Source: an uncultured Clostridia bacterium
Lineage (GTDB): Bacteria > Bacillota > Clostridia > Saccharofermentanales > Saccharofermentanaceae
DNA: 64,000 bases
Assembly: GCA_937876985.1 (NCBI GenBank)
Contig: CALEFT010000008.1
Coordinates: 2,149 to 66,148 of the forward strand
Direction: 5' to 3'
Shown here: in pieces, positions 9,060 through 19,096 of the stretch
How positions within the stretch are numbered: position 1 is the stretch's first letter
Layout: every line of letters starts with the position of its first letter
Position numbers and translations under genes: made by a program
The notes under the pieces: generated by a model
Database searches by the model: none
Told to the model about the DNA's origin: nothing
The model's input: only the letters and a program-made list of their open reading frames with translations

Positions 9060-10607
9060 TTATTTATCCACACTCTTCATCGTAGGGAACAAGAGCACGT
9101 CTCTTATCGCAGCGGAGTCTGTAAGAAGCATTACGAGACGGTCGATGCCGTAGCCGATGCCGCCCGTTGGTGGCATACCGATTTCAAGAGCGTTCAAGAA
9201 GTCTTCGTCTGTGTGGTTTGCTTCTTCGTCACCAGCAGCGAAGGCTTCTTCCTGTGCAGCGAAGCGTGCACGCTGGTCGATTGGATCGTTGAGCTCGGAG
9301 TATGCATTACACATCTCACGGCCATAGATGAAGAGCTCGAATCTCTCTACATAGTTTGGATCGGATGGCTTCTTCTTTGTGAGCGGAGAAATCTCGATTG
9401 GATGGTCCATAACGAATGTTGGCTGAACCATGTGTTCTTCGCAGTACTTTTCGAAAAAGAGGTTGATGATATCGCCCTTCTTGTGGCGGTCCTCATACTC
9501 AATGTGGTGCTCATCCGCGAGTTTCTTTGCCTCTTCGTCGGATGTGACATTGTTAAAGTCTACGCCAGAGTACTTTGTAACGGCGTCTACCATAGTGATG
9601 CGCTCAAAAGGCTTGCTCATGTCGATGACTGTGCCCTGGTACTCGATTACTGCACTGCCAACAACCGTCTCCGCGAGGTAGCGGAACATGGATTCTGTAA
9701 GTTCCATCATGCCCTCGTAGTCTGTGTATGCCTGGTATAGCTCCATCAATGTGAACTCTGGGTTGTGACGTGTGTCTACGCCCTCGTTACGGAATACGCG
9801 GCCAATCTCGTAAACGCGCTCGAGACCACCAACGATGAGTCGCTTTAGGTATAGCTCGAGTGAGATACGAAGCTTTACGTCCTCGTCAAGTGCGTTGTAG
9901 TGTGTCTCGAATGGACGAGCTGCGGCACCACCTGCGTTGCTAACGAGCATTGGTGTTTCAACCTCCATGAAGCCACGGCCGTCGAGGAAGTTACGGATTT
10001 CCTTTAGGATCTGTGAACGCTTCACGAATGTGTCCTTTACCTCTGGGTTCATGATCAGGTCAACGTAGCGCTGACGATATCTCATGTCTGTGTTTGTGAG
10101 GCCGTGATGCTTTTCGGGAAGGACCTGCAAGGACTTTGTAAGGAGGACGAGTTCTTCTGCGTGAAGTGAAATCTCGCCTGCTCTAGTACGGAAAGCGTAG
10201 CCCTTGACGCCAATGATGTCGCCGATATCGTACTTCTTGAAGAGCTGATAGTCGTCAACTCCGAGGCTGTCGCGTGTCACGTACACCTGAAGGTTGCCCA
10301 TGAGGTCCGTGATTGTCGCAAAAGAAGCCTTACCCATAACGCGCTTAAGCAGCATACGTCCAGCAACAGCAAATGTGAGCTTGTTTGTCTCCCAAAGTGC
10401 TGCGAGTGCCTCTGCCTGCTCCTCCTCGGAAAGGCTAGCATCGATCTCGCTCTTAAGCTCAGCCTCCTTCTCCTCGAAAAGCTTCTTCACATCAGAAGAA
10501 TGAGCTGTTACATCATACTTTGTTATCTGAAATGGATCCTTGCCCATAGCCTGCAAATCTGATAGCTTCTCGCGGCGGATCTTGATTTGTTCGTTTACGT
10601 TCTCCAT
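9060..10607 (-). CDS. lysS: Lysine--tRNA ligase (class II)
   Basis: [42 protein letters not shown]. Confidence 0.98.
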   Translation of the reverse strand: MENVNEQIKIRREKLSDLQAMGKDPFQITKYDVTAHSSDVKKLFEEKEAELKSEIDASLSEEEQAEALAALWETNKLTFAVAGRMLLKRVMGKASFATITDLMGNLQVYVTRDSLGVDDYQLFKKYDIGDIIGVKGYAFRTRAGEISLHAEELVLLTKSLQVLPEKHHGLTNTDMRYRQRYVDLIMNPEVKDTFVKRSQILKEIRNFLDGRGFMEVETPMLVSNAGGAAARPFETHYNALDEDVKLRISLELYLKRLIVGGLERVYEIGRVFRNEGVDTRHNPEFTLMELYQAYTDYEGMMELTESMFRYLAETVVGSAVIEYQGTVIDMSKPFERITMVDAVTKYSGVDFNNVTSDEEAKKLADEHHIEYEDRHKKGDIINLFFEKYCEEHMVQPTFVMDHPIEISPLTKKKPSDPNYVERFELFIYGREMCNAYSELNDPIDQRARFAAQEEAFAAGDEEANHTDEDFLNALEIGMPPTGGIGYGIDRLVMLLTDSAAIRDVLLFPTMKSVDK

Positions 10608-10697
10608 ATTTCTCCATTAACTCCTTACTATTTGTGCTTAATGCCTTGCCAGCAAGCCGGCATTTGTGAAGTTTACAATTGTTCTTTCTCTGTCATA

Positions 10698-10736
10698 AAA
10701 AAGGGACGCGAGAAGCTTTCTTATCGCGCCCACTTT
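10698..10736 (-). terminator. Likely intrinsic terminator after greA
   Basis: Imperfect GC stem followed by a T-run on the minus strand. Confidence 0.5.
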
Positions 10737-10766
10737 ATTCATCAAAACATCTTAAAGCAGGGGCAA

Positions 10767-11249
10767 TTACTTGCCGATTTTGACAACCTTATATTTGAAG
10801 GAACCTGCTGGAGTTGTAACCTCAACAACGTTGCCCTTCTTCTTGCCAAGAATTGCCATGCCTAGAGGAGACTTATCAGAAATTCTGTCCTCGAAGATGT
10901 TCTCTTCGTTCTCGTTTACGAGAGTGTACTCGATTTCTTCCTTTGTCTCTTCGTCACGGATAGTAACCTTACATCCGAGAGAAACCTTTGTCTTCAAAAT
11001 CTCGTCGTCGTCAAGTACAGTCGCGTTCTTAAGAAGTGACTCGATTTCCTTGATTCTTGTCTCGTTCTTAGCCTGTGCTTCCTTAGCATCGTCGTACTCA
11101 GAGTTCTCTGACAAGTCGCCCTGCGCACGTGCCTCGTTCAAGCGCTCTGCAATTTCTGCAGCCTTAGTAGTCTTGCGCTCAGCAAGCTCGTCCTGCAAAC
11201 GCTTCAAGCCTTCGGCCGTATAAACATTCATTTCCTTCTCTTCTGCCAT
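10767..11249 (-). CDS. greA: Transcription elongation factor GreA
   Basis: AQGDLSENSEYDDAK, ISDKSPLG; adjacent to lysS. Confidence 0.97.
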   Translation of the reverse strand: MAEEKEMNVYTAEGLKRLQDELAERKTTKAAEIAERLNEARAQGDLSENSEYDDAKEAQAKNETRIKEIESLLKNATVLDDDEILKTKVSLGCKVTIRDEETKEEIEYTLVNENEENIFEDRISDKSPLGMAILGKKKGNVVEVTTPAGSFKYKVVKIGK

Positions 11250-11360
11250 GTTGCTACCTCTTTCTTATATAAATTGTTTACAACAAAAGTCTTTCTTGTT
11301 ATTTAAGCTAATGCTTTTCGAAAAGGGCAAGAAAAACCCCACCAAAAACACATTATACTC

Positions 11361-12869
11361 TTATCTTGCAGTTCTGTCATTCTCCTTCTGAATAACGTCG
11401 TGCGCACCACCCTCGATAATGGATGTAGAAGAAACTACTACGAGGCGAGCCTTCTTTTGAAGCTCCTCGATGCTGGACGAACCGCAAGAGCACATTGTTG
11501 CCTTAACCTTCGCAAGGGATGTGTCGAGGTTGTCCTTGAGCTTACCAGCGTATGGAACGTAAGAATCAACGCCCTCCTCGAAAGCCATCTTGCCGCCAAC
11601 GCCACCATCGTCGTAACGCTGCCAGTTTCTTGCTCTGTTAGAGCCCTCGCCCCAATACTCCTTAACGTAAGAACCATTAACGATGAGCTTTCTTGTTGGA
11701 GACTCGTCGAATCTAGCAAAATATCTACCGAGCATCATAAAGTCTGCGCCCATTGCGAGAGCAAGTGTCATGTGATAGTCGTGAACGATACCACCATCGG
11801 AGCAAAGTGGAATGTACATACCTGTCTCCTCGAAGTACTCGTCACGAGCCTTTGCAACTGCGAGAACTGCGGAAGCCTGACCGCAACCGATACCCTTCTG
11901 CTCACGTGTGATACAGATAGAACCACCGCCGATACCAATCTTGATAAAGTCTGCGCCAGCGTCAGCCAAGAATCTGAAGCCTTCAGCATCTACTACGTTA
12001 CCAGCACCAACTGGGATGTCTGGATAGTTAGCCTTGATCCACTTAAGTGCTCTTTCCTGCCATACGCTAAATCCGTCAGAGGAATCGAGACAAAGTGCAT
12101 CTGCGCCAGCCTCTACGAGAGCTGGAACTCTTTCTTCATAGTCACGAGTATTGATACCAGCACCTACGATGAGCTTCTTCTCCTTATCGAGTAGCTCAAG
12201 TGGATTTGCCTTGTGGAATTCGTAGTCCTTACGGAATACGAGACCAACGAGACAGCCCTCGCTATCAACGATTGGAAGCTGGTTAATCTTGTTGTCCCAA
12301 ATAATGTCGTTTGCTTCCTTAAGAGTAGTTCCCTCTGGAGCAGTAACGAGCTTCTCGATTGGAGTCATGAACTCAGAAACCTTAGCATCTGTGCTCATAC
12401 GACTTACACGATAGTCTCTAGTAGTAACAAGTCCAAGAAGCTTACCTGTTGGAGTACCATCTAATGTAACAGCAGCTGTGCCGTGACCCTTCTTTTCCTT
12501 GAGTGCCAAAACATCAGCAAGTGTAGAATCTGGAGTCAAATTGGAATCGGATGTAACGATACCAGCCTTGTACTTCTTAACCTTCTTAATCATCTCGCAC
12601 TGAGACTCAATTGACTGTGACTGGAATACAAAAGACATACCACCACATCTAGCAAGTGCAATAGCCATTCCAGAATCGGAAACAGCCTGCATTACTGCAG
12701 AAACCATAGGGATGTTGATCTTGAGCTTAGACTCCTCTTGTCCCTTCCTATACTTACAAACTGGTGCGGACAAATCCACCTGGTCTGGAGTATTCTTCTC
12801 AGTAGTCAAATTTGGTACCAAGAGATACTCACTAAATGTACGTGATTCTTCTGCAAAAATTGTTGCCAT
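11361..12869 (-). CDS. guaB: IMP dehydrogenase with CBS pair
   Basis: [11 protein letters not shown] catalytic loop, SDGG, YWGEGS; start set at MATIFAEE after RBS GGAGGG. Confidence 0.93.
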   Translation of the reverse strand: MATIFAEESRTFSEYLLVPNLTTEKNTPDQVDLSAPVCKYRKGQEESKLKINIPMVSAVMQAVSDSGMAIALARCGGMSFVFQSQSIESQCEMIKKVKKYKAGIVTSDSNLTPDSTLADVLALKEKKGHGTAAVTLDGTPTGKLLGLVTTRDYRVSRMSTDAKVSEFMTPIEKLVTAPEGTTLKEANDIIWDNKINQLPIVDSEGCLVGLVFRKDYEFHKANPLELLDKEKKLIVGAGINTRDYEERVPALVEAGADALCLDSSDGFSVWQERALKWIKANYPDIPVGAGNVVDAEGFRFLADAGADFIKIGIGGGSICITREQKGIGCGQASAVLAVAKARDEYFEETGMYIPLCSDGGIVHDYHMTLALAMGADFMMLGRYFARFDESPTRKLIVNGSYVKEYWGEGSNRARNWQRYDDGGVGGKMAFEEGVDSYVPYAGKLKDNLDTSLAKVKATMCSCGSSSIEELQKKARLVVVSSTSIIEGGAHDVIQKENDRTAR

Positions 12870-13150
12870 CCGAATAACCCTCCTATAATAAATAATATAA
12901 ATAATAATCGTAATAACTACCGCTACGATAACCACTACAATAACCGCCATAACAGCCACTCATGTTTTTGCTACAAAAAATATTTATCGAGCATATAAAA
13001 TTAAAGTCAATAATAGCACAAATAACGCTACTTGTGCCATAAATATTTTATGATTTTTCGCCACTGTTTTGAGCAATTTATCAACGAGCACCAAATGCGC
13101 CCCACGAGGCTCCTTCACTACGCGCATAAAACCGCGTTTATTAAAGGGCA

Positions 13151-14743
13151 TTATTTGCGATTACCATCGCGGTTGCCATCGCGGTTATCGCTGCAGTTAC
13201 CGTCGTGGTTACCGTCGCGGTTACTATCGCGGTTGCCGTCGCGCTCTTCTCCGTCTTTCTTATTCACGCGCCCCAAAACCCTCTCAAGCGCCTCCTCATA
13301 CGGCACTCCAGCAAGCCTTAAACTGTGCGCATATTTCAAAAGCTCGCCGCACTTCTTCCCAGGCAGCACGCCCGCCGCGAGCAAATCTAATCCCGTCACA
13401 TGTGGCATCGCCATACGCTCGCGGTACACCGCCAAACGCGCCGACAAGAAAACCTCGTAGTCCACGCCACTTGCCGCGCCCTTCGCCTCATCGCTAAGCA
13501 AGCTACCCTCTCTATCGGAAGCGGCAATCGCAAGCAACACATCCGCATCACAAGCCTCATCGAAAAGCTTATTCGTCGCCTTAACAGACGAATTCTGCGC
13601 CGCCAAAACATTCGGCCTCATATGCGTCTTGATAATATTTTGCACATTGCTAATCAGCCTACGCTCATTCGTAAGCCTGCCTAACAAATCCCCAGCAATC
13701 GGAATCCCCGAATTCTCGTGCCCATAGGCATGAATCACACCATCAACATTCGTCGTCGTATTAACCTTCCCCAAATCGTGGCAAAGCGCCGACCACATCA
13801 AAAGCGCCTTATCGGAAACCGCCCCCGAATCGCGTCTTGCCGCGGCCTTGTCGAGCACGAGCATCGTATGGTTCCACACATCACCCTCACTATGGTATTT
13901 CGGCGGCTGCTCGACACCAATTAGGGCCGCAACCTCAGGAAACCAAAACTCAAGATTATCCGCCTTGCGCAACACCTCGAAAAAAACCGAAGGCCGCTCT
14001 CCAAGAAGTAGTGCCTTCTTGACTTCCTCGTACACTCGTTCACGCGCCAGATTCGACAAATCCATCCTCGCAAAAAGCTGAATCGTCTCATCGACCACCG
14101 TGAATCCAAATCTACTAGCGAATTGCGCGCCGCGAAGGACGCGGAGCGGATCATCCACAAACGTCTCCTCATCCACATGCCTTATCACACGCTCCGCGAT
14201 ATCGCGAAGGCCCCCATAATGATCCACCAACTCATGCGACAATACATCCACCATCATCGCGTTAACAGTAAAATCTCGCCTTCGCGCCGCCGCCATCGTT
14301 CCCATCTTCGGGTCCACCGACACCTCAAAATCCCTATGCGCTGGCGGCGTACCTTCGCGCGCCATCACTTCCCTCGCACTACTTGTCAGTTTCTCTGTTC
14401 GCGGCAACGCGATATCGATTCCGTATCCCTTGAGTCCATATACTCCGAAGCTTTCTCCGTAATACGTTACTTCTCCTAACTCCTCCAATATCGACTCGAG
14501 CGACTTTCCCTCTACACCGTGCACCTCAATGTCGATGTCCTTGTGGCAGTGCTTTTCGAGAGGAAAAAGAAACATATCTCGAACAAGCCCTCCCACAAAA
14601 TAAACAGAGCCGCCAAGGCTCGATACTCTAATCGCAAGTTCTCTTACGACAGACATCTCCTTCGCGGCTTCCGCTTCAAGTTGCTTAATTCTTTGTTCGA
14701 TAACTTCGTTTATGGCTAGCATCTTCATCCCTCGTGAATTCAT
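13151..14743 (-). CDS. CCA tRNA nucleotidyltransferase / poly(A) polymerase family with HD domain
   Basis: VGGLVRD, DIDIE, RRDFTVNAM, DPLRVLR, HSEGDV, HDLGK. Confidence 0.9.
   Translation of the reverse strand: MNSRGMKMLAINEVIEQRIKQLEAEAAKEMSVVRELAIRVSSLGGSVYFVGGLVRDMFLFPLEKHCHKDIDIEVHGVEGKSLESILEELGEVTYYGESFGVYGLKGYGIDIALPRTEKLTSSAREVMAREGTPPAHRDFEVSVDPKMGTMAAARRRDFTVNAMMVDVLSHELVDHYGGLRDIAERVIRHVDEETFVDDPLRVLRGAQFASRFGFTVVDETIQLFARMDLSNLARERVYEEVKKALLLGERPSVFFEVLRKADNLEFWFPEVAALIGVEQPPKYHSEGDVWNHTMLVLDKAAARRDSGAVSDKALLMWSALCHDLGKVNTTTNVDGVIHAYGHENSGIPIAGDLLGRLTNERRLISNVQNIIKTHMRPNVLAAQNSSVKATNKLFDEACDADVLLAIAASDREGSLLSDEAKGAASGVDYEVFLSARLAVYRERMAMPHVTGLDLLAAGVLPGKKCGELLKYAHSLRLAGVPYEEALERVLGRVNKKDGEERDGNRDSNRDGNHDGNCSDNRDGNRDGNRK
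13161..13244. repeat. Degenerate 12-bp tandem repeat (about 7 units) encoding an RDGN tail
   Basis: TTACCATCGCGG, TTGCCATCGCGG, TTACCGTCGCGG etc. Confidence 0.85.
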
Positions 14744-14850
14744 TTTCTCTCATTATACCACTCATGGGATGCTACTAATCGGACACGCTTCACATACCAA
14801 CATCGCTAGCTTATGCTAAGCCTCCACTTCATTATATTATGGATTTGTCG

Positions 14851-15492
14851 TTAGGCCTTTTTCTTGCGCCACGCGCCAAGTGCCACCAAAACAATATACA
14901 TCATTATCAATGTAATAATTGCTTCTGGAAGCATAAATCCACCATTATATGTGATGCTATATACCCACACGTTCTGGTCTCCTGCATACTCTGCGTAGAA
15001 AATTACGCCCGATAATACAGAGCAAAGTAGTCGCAGAACAAATCCCACGAATGCCCAGATTGTTGCAGGCAAAAACTTTATTTGACGAAGTCTTCCGATG
15101 ATGCTTGTGTTTGCTTGACGGATGCTTTTCACTGGAGACGCAAAAGTTGCTACGCCAACACATGTATATGCAAGAATATAATCGAGCATTACTTGTAGTG
15201 GGAAAAGCAAATATCCGCCGATGAGCTGCAACAGGCTATACACGAAGCACACGCCGAAGCCCCATGCTGGGCCGAATGCGAAACAGTACAAAATGAGTGG
15301 AAGTGTAGCAGCTGGAGTAACCGAGCCACCCATTGGCATCTCGAACAATTTGAGTTGTGAAAGCACAAAGCTAAGTGCAATACAAATTCCACCTGCTACC
15401 ACTGCGAGAATTCTCTCGCGATTTTGCTGGCGCTTACCTAATTGATTTGTTGTTTTTGCGCCGCTAACGTTGTTCTGATTGTTTGACGACAT
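14851..15492 (-). CDS. thiT: ECF-type thiamine transporter S component
   Basis: MPMGGSVT, Q..LDY, SGVIFYAEYA, YSITYNG; TPP riboswitch upstream. Confidence 0.92.
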   Translation of the reverse strand: MSSNNQNNVSGAKTTNQLGKRQQNRERILAVVAGGICIALSFVLSQLKLFEMPMGGSVTPAATLPLILYCFAFGPAWGFGVCFVYSLLQLIGGYLLFPLQVMLDYILAYTCVGVATFASPVKSIRQANTSIIGRLRQIKFLPATIWAFVGFVLRLLCSVLSGVIFYAEYAGDQNVWVYSITYNGGFMLPEAIITLIMMYIVLVALGAWRKKKA

Positions 15493-15582
15493 AAAAAAAT
15501 CCTCCTATCTTTCTGTCGCCCAAACGTGACAAAAAGCTTAGGAGAAGTGATGCATCTCATGAAAATGCAAAACCTATATGTA

Positions 15583-15673
15583 AAATCCCTCCGCCGGCAT
15601 TATCCGTTCAGGTTCCTCGGGTCAATGCCGCATTAGACATCCTCTCAGCCGACTTAGCGTCAGCACCCCGTTT
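15583..15673 (-). ncRNA. TPP (thiamine pyrophosphate) riboswitch
   Basis: Minus strand GGGGTGC...GCTGAGA...GACCC..ACCTGA.CGGATAATGCCGGCGGAGGGA matches the THI-box core; lies upstream of thiT. Confidence 0.93.
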
Positions 15674-15727
15674 GTTGTCGTCGTGAAGTATACTACATGT
15701 TTTTGGGTTGTGCAATAGTGGTATTTA

Positions 15728-16735
15728 TCACATTCGACCTAGCTTTACCAGTCGAACAACACATTTCTCAATGAAATTCTCTACTTCTCGCTCGTATAAG
15801 GCTGGCGATACATTGTAACAATCAATATGCTCGCAGTTGTCTATCATCAGCATGCGCTTTGGGCAGCGAAGTCGATCATAAATTCGGCGAGCGGAATCTG
15901 GAGATACAGTAACATCGTTTACTGCCTGAAAAATCAAAACCGGCACGCGAATTCTATCCGCATGCATTGTCGTCTCACAATGGTTGATATCGAATTTATA
16001 GTTGTGCTGTGCGCACTTATTCACATGTGGCATGAACATTGATAGGTTCATCTTGTAGCGTCTTTTCGCTGCAGCAAGCAGTGTTTCGTTAAGATTTGCC
16101 ATTGGGCAGTCTGCTACGATGCCGGCAACATTTTCGGAGAAGCCCTCTTGCTGTGCTGCTAGTAGCGCAGTCGTTGCTCCCATGCTTCTTCCCATAATGA
16201 AGATTCTCGCATTGTCGCCTACCTGACGCTTCGCAAAATCAATCCATGTCATCAAATCAACACTCTCATATAAGCCATATGACACGAAGCGACCTTCACT
16301 CATTTGGTGTGCGCGCTGATGAATTATCAGCATATGGCATTCTATCTTGTTCATGAAGAGCTTTGCATATGCACCCATCTCACTAGGCATCTCGTTATAG
16401 CCATGAAGCAAAATCACTACATTGCGACACGACCTGTCGCGCGCAGGCCTGAAATATCCAGCAAGCTTTGTTCCGTCAAAGCCATCCACGCGCACATTTA
16501 GATACTCCATTCGGTGTGCATAAAACCAGTTCTTGCCTTTACCAAACAAATCACTTGTGTCAATATCGTTAGGAGAACGATCCACTACCGGCATCGGCTT
16601 CGGTCTTTTGAAAGCCGTCTTGAACAATCTATTGCCAATCCAAATATATGCGACAAATGCGCATCCAATTAGGAGCACAACAACTATCACAAGTAGTATC
16701 ACAAGTATTGTAGTTTTACTTATCGCAAGTAGCAT
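15728..16735 (-). CDS. Membrane-anchored alpha/beta hydrolase
   Basis: N-terminal TM, LLHGY, GRSMG nucleophile elbow, catalytic D and H. Confidence 0.9.
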   Translation of the reverse strand: MLLAISKTTILVILLVIVVVLLIGCAFVAYIWIGNRLFKTAFKRPKPMPVVDRSPNDIDTSDLFGKGKNWFYAHRMEYLNVRVDGFDGTKLAGYFRPARDRSCRNVVILLHGYNEMPSEMGAYAKLFMNKIECHMLIIHQRAHQMSEGRFVSYGLYESVDLMTWIDFAKRQVGDNARIFIMGRSMGATTALLAAQQEGFSENVAGIVADCPMANLNETLLAAAKRRYKMNLSMFMPHVNKCAQHNYKFDINHCETTMHADRIRVPVLIFQAVNDVTVSPDSARRIYDRLRCPKRMLMIDNCEHIDCYNVSPALYEREVENFIEKCVVRLVKLGRM

Positions 16736-16871
16736 TCTAGTCCTCCTATCATAAGTTTAACATTGTTACAAATCTAATATTTCCAGTACTTTGGCGCTTC
16801 CTAGAGTCCACAACGCCTTCACACGCATAAGCCTCCATAAACCCTACTAACCGACAAGCCGACTAGCCGAA

Positions 16872-18257
16872 CTATCGATTTCTATAATCGCGCTTTCTAT
16901 CTGCCGAATCGCCATACAAATCTCCAACGAAGCAACAACCGTCAGAAGTCACAACCACATCGTCCTCGACTCTGAATCCGACATTCCACTCAGGAATATA
17001 AATTCCCGGCTCAACCGCAAGTACATTTCCTTCCTCAAATGGAGCCTCGCGATCGCCAACATCATGCGTCTCAAGTCCCAAATGGTGCGCCACGTTATGC
17101 CAATAATAGCACTTTATCTCCTCGTTAGAAAGTTCGTTGATCAAACCCTGCTCCTTTAGCCACACTTCGGCAAGCTCCATCATGTGCATATTAAGTTCCT
17201 TCAAAGTCACGCCTGGCCTAATAAAGTCCACTGCCGCATCGAGGAGCGAGTCTACTAGAATTCTTAAGTCTTTTGCACGCTTCATTCGAATAGCGTCAAT
17301 TTCCTTAGCGCCTTGATTAGCTCCTATCTCTTTGGCGAAAAACACGCGTGACAAATCACAGCAATATCCATCAACTCGTGCGCCAATATCGATTTGCATG
17401 ATTGAATCAGGCTTTATCATTTTGTCTTTTTCTGGGCGTGAATGATGTAAATAGAAACAATTCTCATCTACTGCAGCAATCGTCATGAACGCTTGAACCA
17501 TGCTGCCGCCAGTAATTAACGCACTTTGTAGTGTCGCATATACATCGTATTCACTTCTTAAACCAGAGCCGTCTAGCTCCAATTTCTCGAAGGCCTGAAG
17601 AACAATGGCACGAGCCTTTGCTATCGCCTCGATTTCACACGAAGCCTTAATAGTTCTCATCTTCTCGATAATTTTACTAATGTCAATTGGCTCGTTATCA
17701 TCACTATTTGCCTGCGCCAAGACCTGTTGTTCAAACCTTGATGCCTGCTTAGAAATCGAGGATTTATCGACTGCAATATGCCATGCTGAAGCATCCTTCG
17801 ACAAATATTGATAACAGTACTCATCAAAACTGTCATCTATGTCGCAGATGTCGCTTACAGAAATTCCAGAGATATCTGAATATTCCTCATGTGTAAGACG
17901 CTTGCCGTGCCAGCGCTCTTGCATATCATCCTTTGAAAGAACGAATAACTTCTCATTATATGTAACAGCGTCTTCTGCCAAAGCTCCTGCCAAGGCTCCG
18001 GAAACTGCTTCGGATGTTGCCCCGGAAGCAAATGCTTCGGTGGAAGCTTTTCGAGGAGGGGTGGTGATTATAAGACACGCACCCTCTTGCTCGATGCCAG
18101 TCAAGTAATAAAAATTGCGGTCTGGGATGAACTCGCTCTCGTTATCCGGGGTTATGCATACGGCTTCTCCCGAGAAAAGAAAAACCGCCATGTTGGGCGG
18201 CAATTCTGATGCGAATTTCTGTCTGTTTCTGATATAGAATTCTTTGTTCAATGCCAT
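16872..18257 (-). CDS. Xaa-Pro aminopeptidase (M24B)
   Basis: NFYYLTG, DIGA..GYCCDLSR, HHLGLETHD, VEPGIY, RVEDD. Confidence 0.9.
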   Translation of the reverse strand: MALNKEFYIRNRQKFASELPPNMAVFLFSGEAVCITPDNESEFIPDRNFYYLTGIEQEGACLIITTPPRKASTEAFASGATSEAVSGALAGALAEDAVTYNEKLFVLSKDDMQERWHGKRLTHEEYSDISGISVSDICDIDDSFDEYCYQYLSKDASAWHIAVDKSSISKQASRFEQQVLAQANSDDNEPIDISKIIEKMRTIKASCEIEAIAKARAIVLQAFEKLELDGSGLRSEYDVYATLQSALITGGSMVQAFMTIAAVDENCFYLHHSRPEKDKMIKPDSIMQIDIGARVDGYCCDLSRVFFAKEIGANQGAKEIDAIRMKRAKDLRILVDSLLDAAVDFIRPGVTLKELNMHMMELAEVWLKEQGLINELSNEEIKCYYWHNVAHHLGLETHDVGDREAPFEEGNVLAVEPGIYIPEWNVGFRVEDDVVVTSDGCCFVGDLYGDSADRKRDYRNR

Positions 18258-18297
18258 TTTCTGAGAACTCCTCTATCCAGCAGCGCTTGAAGCTTAG

Positions 18298-18975
18298 TTA
18301 GTAGCCGCGGCGTTGCTGACGGTCTGTTCGAACATTTACTTCGTCGAACATGATTGTGTTGTTGATATAGCTAAATGTAGCACTTGGTGCGCGGCGGATA
18401 AGTCCAGGGTTTCCAATTACGATGGAGCCATCTGGCACGTCGAAGTTTACATATGCACCAGGAGCGATGAGCACGTTGTTGCCGATTGTGATGTTGCCGA
18501 CGATGATTGCGTTCGCGCCAATCCAAACATAATTGCCGATTGTAGGCGCTCCCTTACGCTTACCGCGGAACTGTGTACCAATTACTACACCAGTTGACAC
18601 ATTAACGTTATAGCCGATAACTGTCTTCGGGTGAATAATAACACGACCAAAATGCGCGAGGTAGAAGCCCTTGCCAATATTTGTGTCGTATGGGATCTGA
18701 ATATGATACTTGCGACTCTTGCGCTCGAGGATGAAATTGAAGAAGTAGAACTTTGCTAGACAGAGCTTCTTCTTCCATCCGTCGTAATGCTCTACCTTGT
18801 AACGCTCTAACTGCCCAGCGTAGTACTGAGTATGGCGAAGTGCGCTAATGTAGCTGAATTCCGGGCTCGAACGAAGTTCTTCAAGATAAGTACGGAAAAT
18901 CTGATCGTGACTTCTCTTGTTACCTGTATATCTATACAAATCACTATAAACAATGTCTTTTAACTCATCGTTCAT
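18298..18975 (-). CDS. Serine O-acetyltransferase-like hexapeptide (LbH) acetyltransferase
   Basis: IGKGFYLAHFG, PTIGNYVWIGANA, VIGNPG. Confidence 0.85.
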   Translation of the reverse strand: MNDELKDIVYSDLYRYTGNKRSHDQIFRTYLEELRSSPEFSYISALRHTQYYAGQLERYKVEHYDGWKKKLCLAKFYFFNFILERKSRKYHIQIPYDTNIGKGFYLAHFGRVIIHPKTVIGYNVNVSTGVVIGTQFRGKRKGAPTIGNYVWIGANAIIVGNITIGNNVLIAPGAYVNFDVPDGSIVIGNPGLIRRAPSATFSYINNTIMFDEVNVRTDRQQRRGY

Positions 18976-19096
18976 ATAAGAACTCCTTCCCCAACTTCTT
19001 TATGTGTAAAATTGTATATCTTTTCGCTATTTTTCTCAATATGAGAAAGCGCCAATTTGACAAAAAGAACAAAAATGTAACATGTAATTTGTTATG

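Noticed and set aside
12870..12959. Hydrophobic N-terminal extension on GuaB
   Set aside because: Product of low-complexity repeats; the RBS supports the start at 12869.
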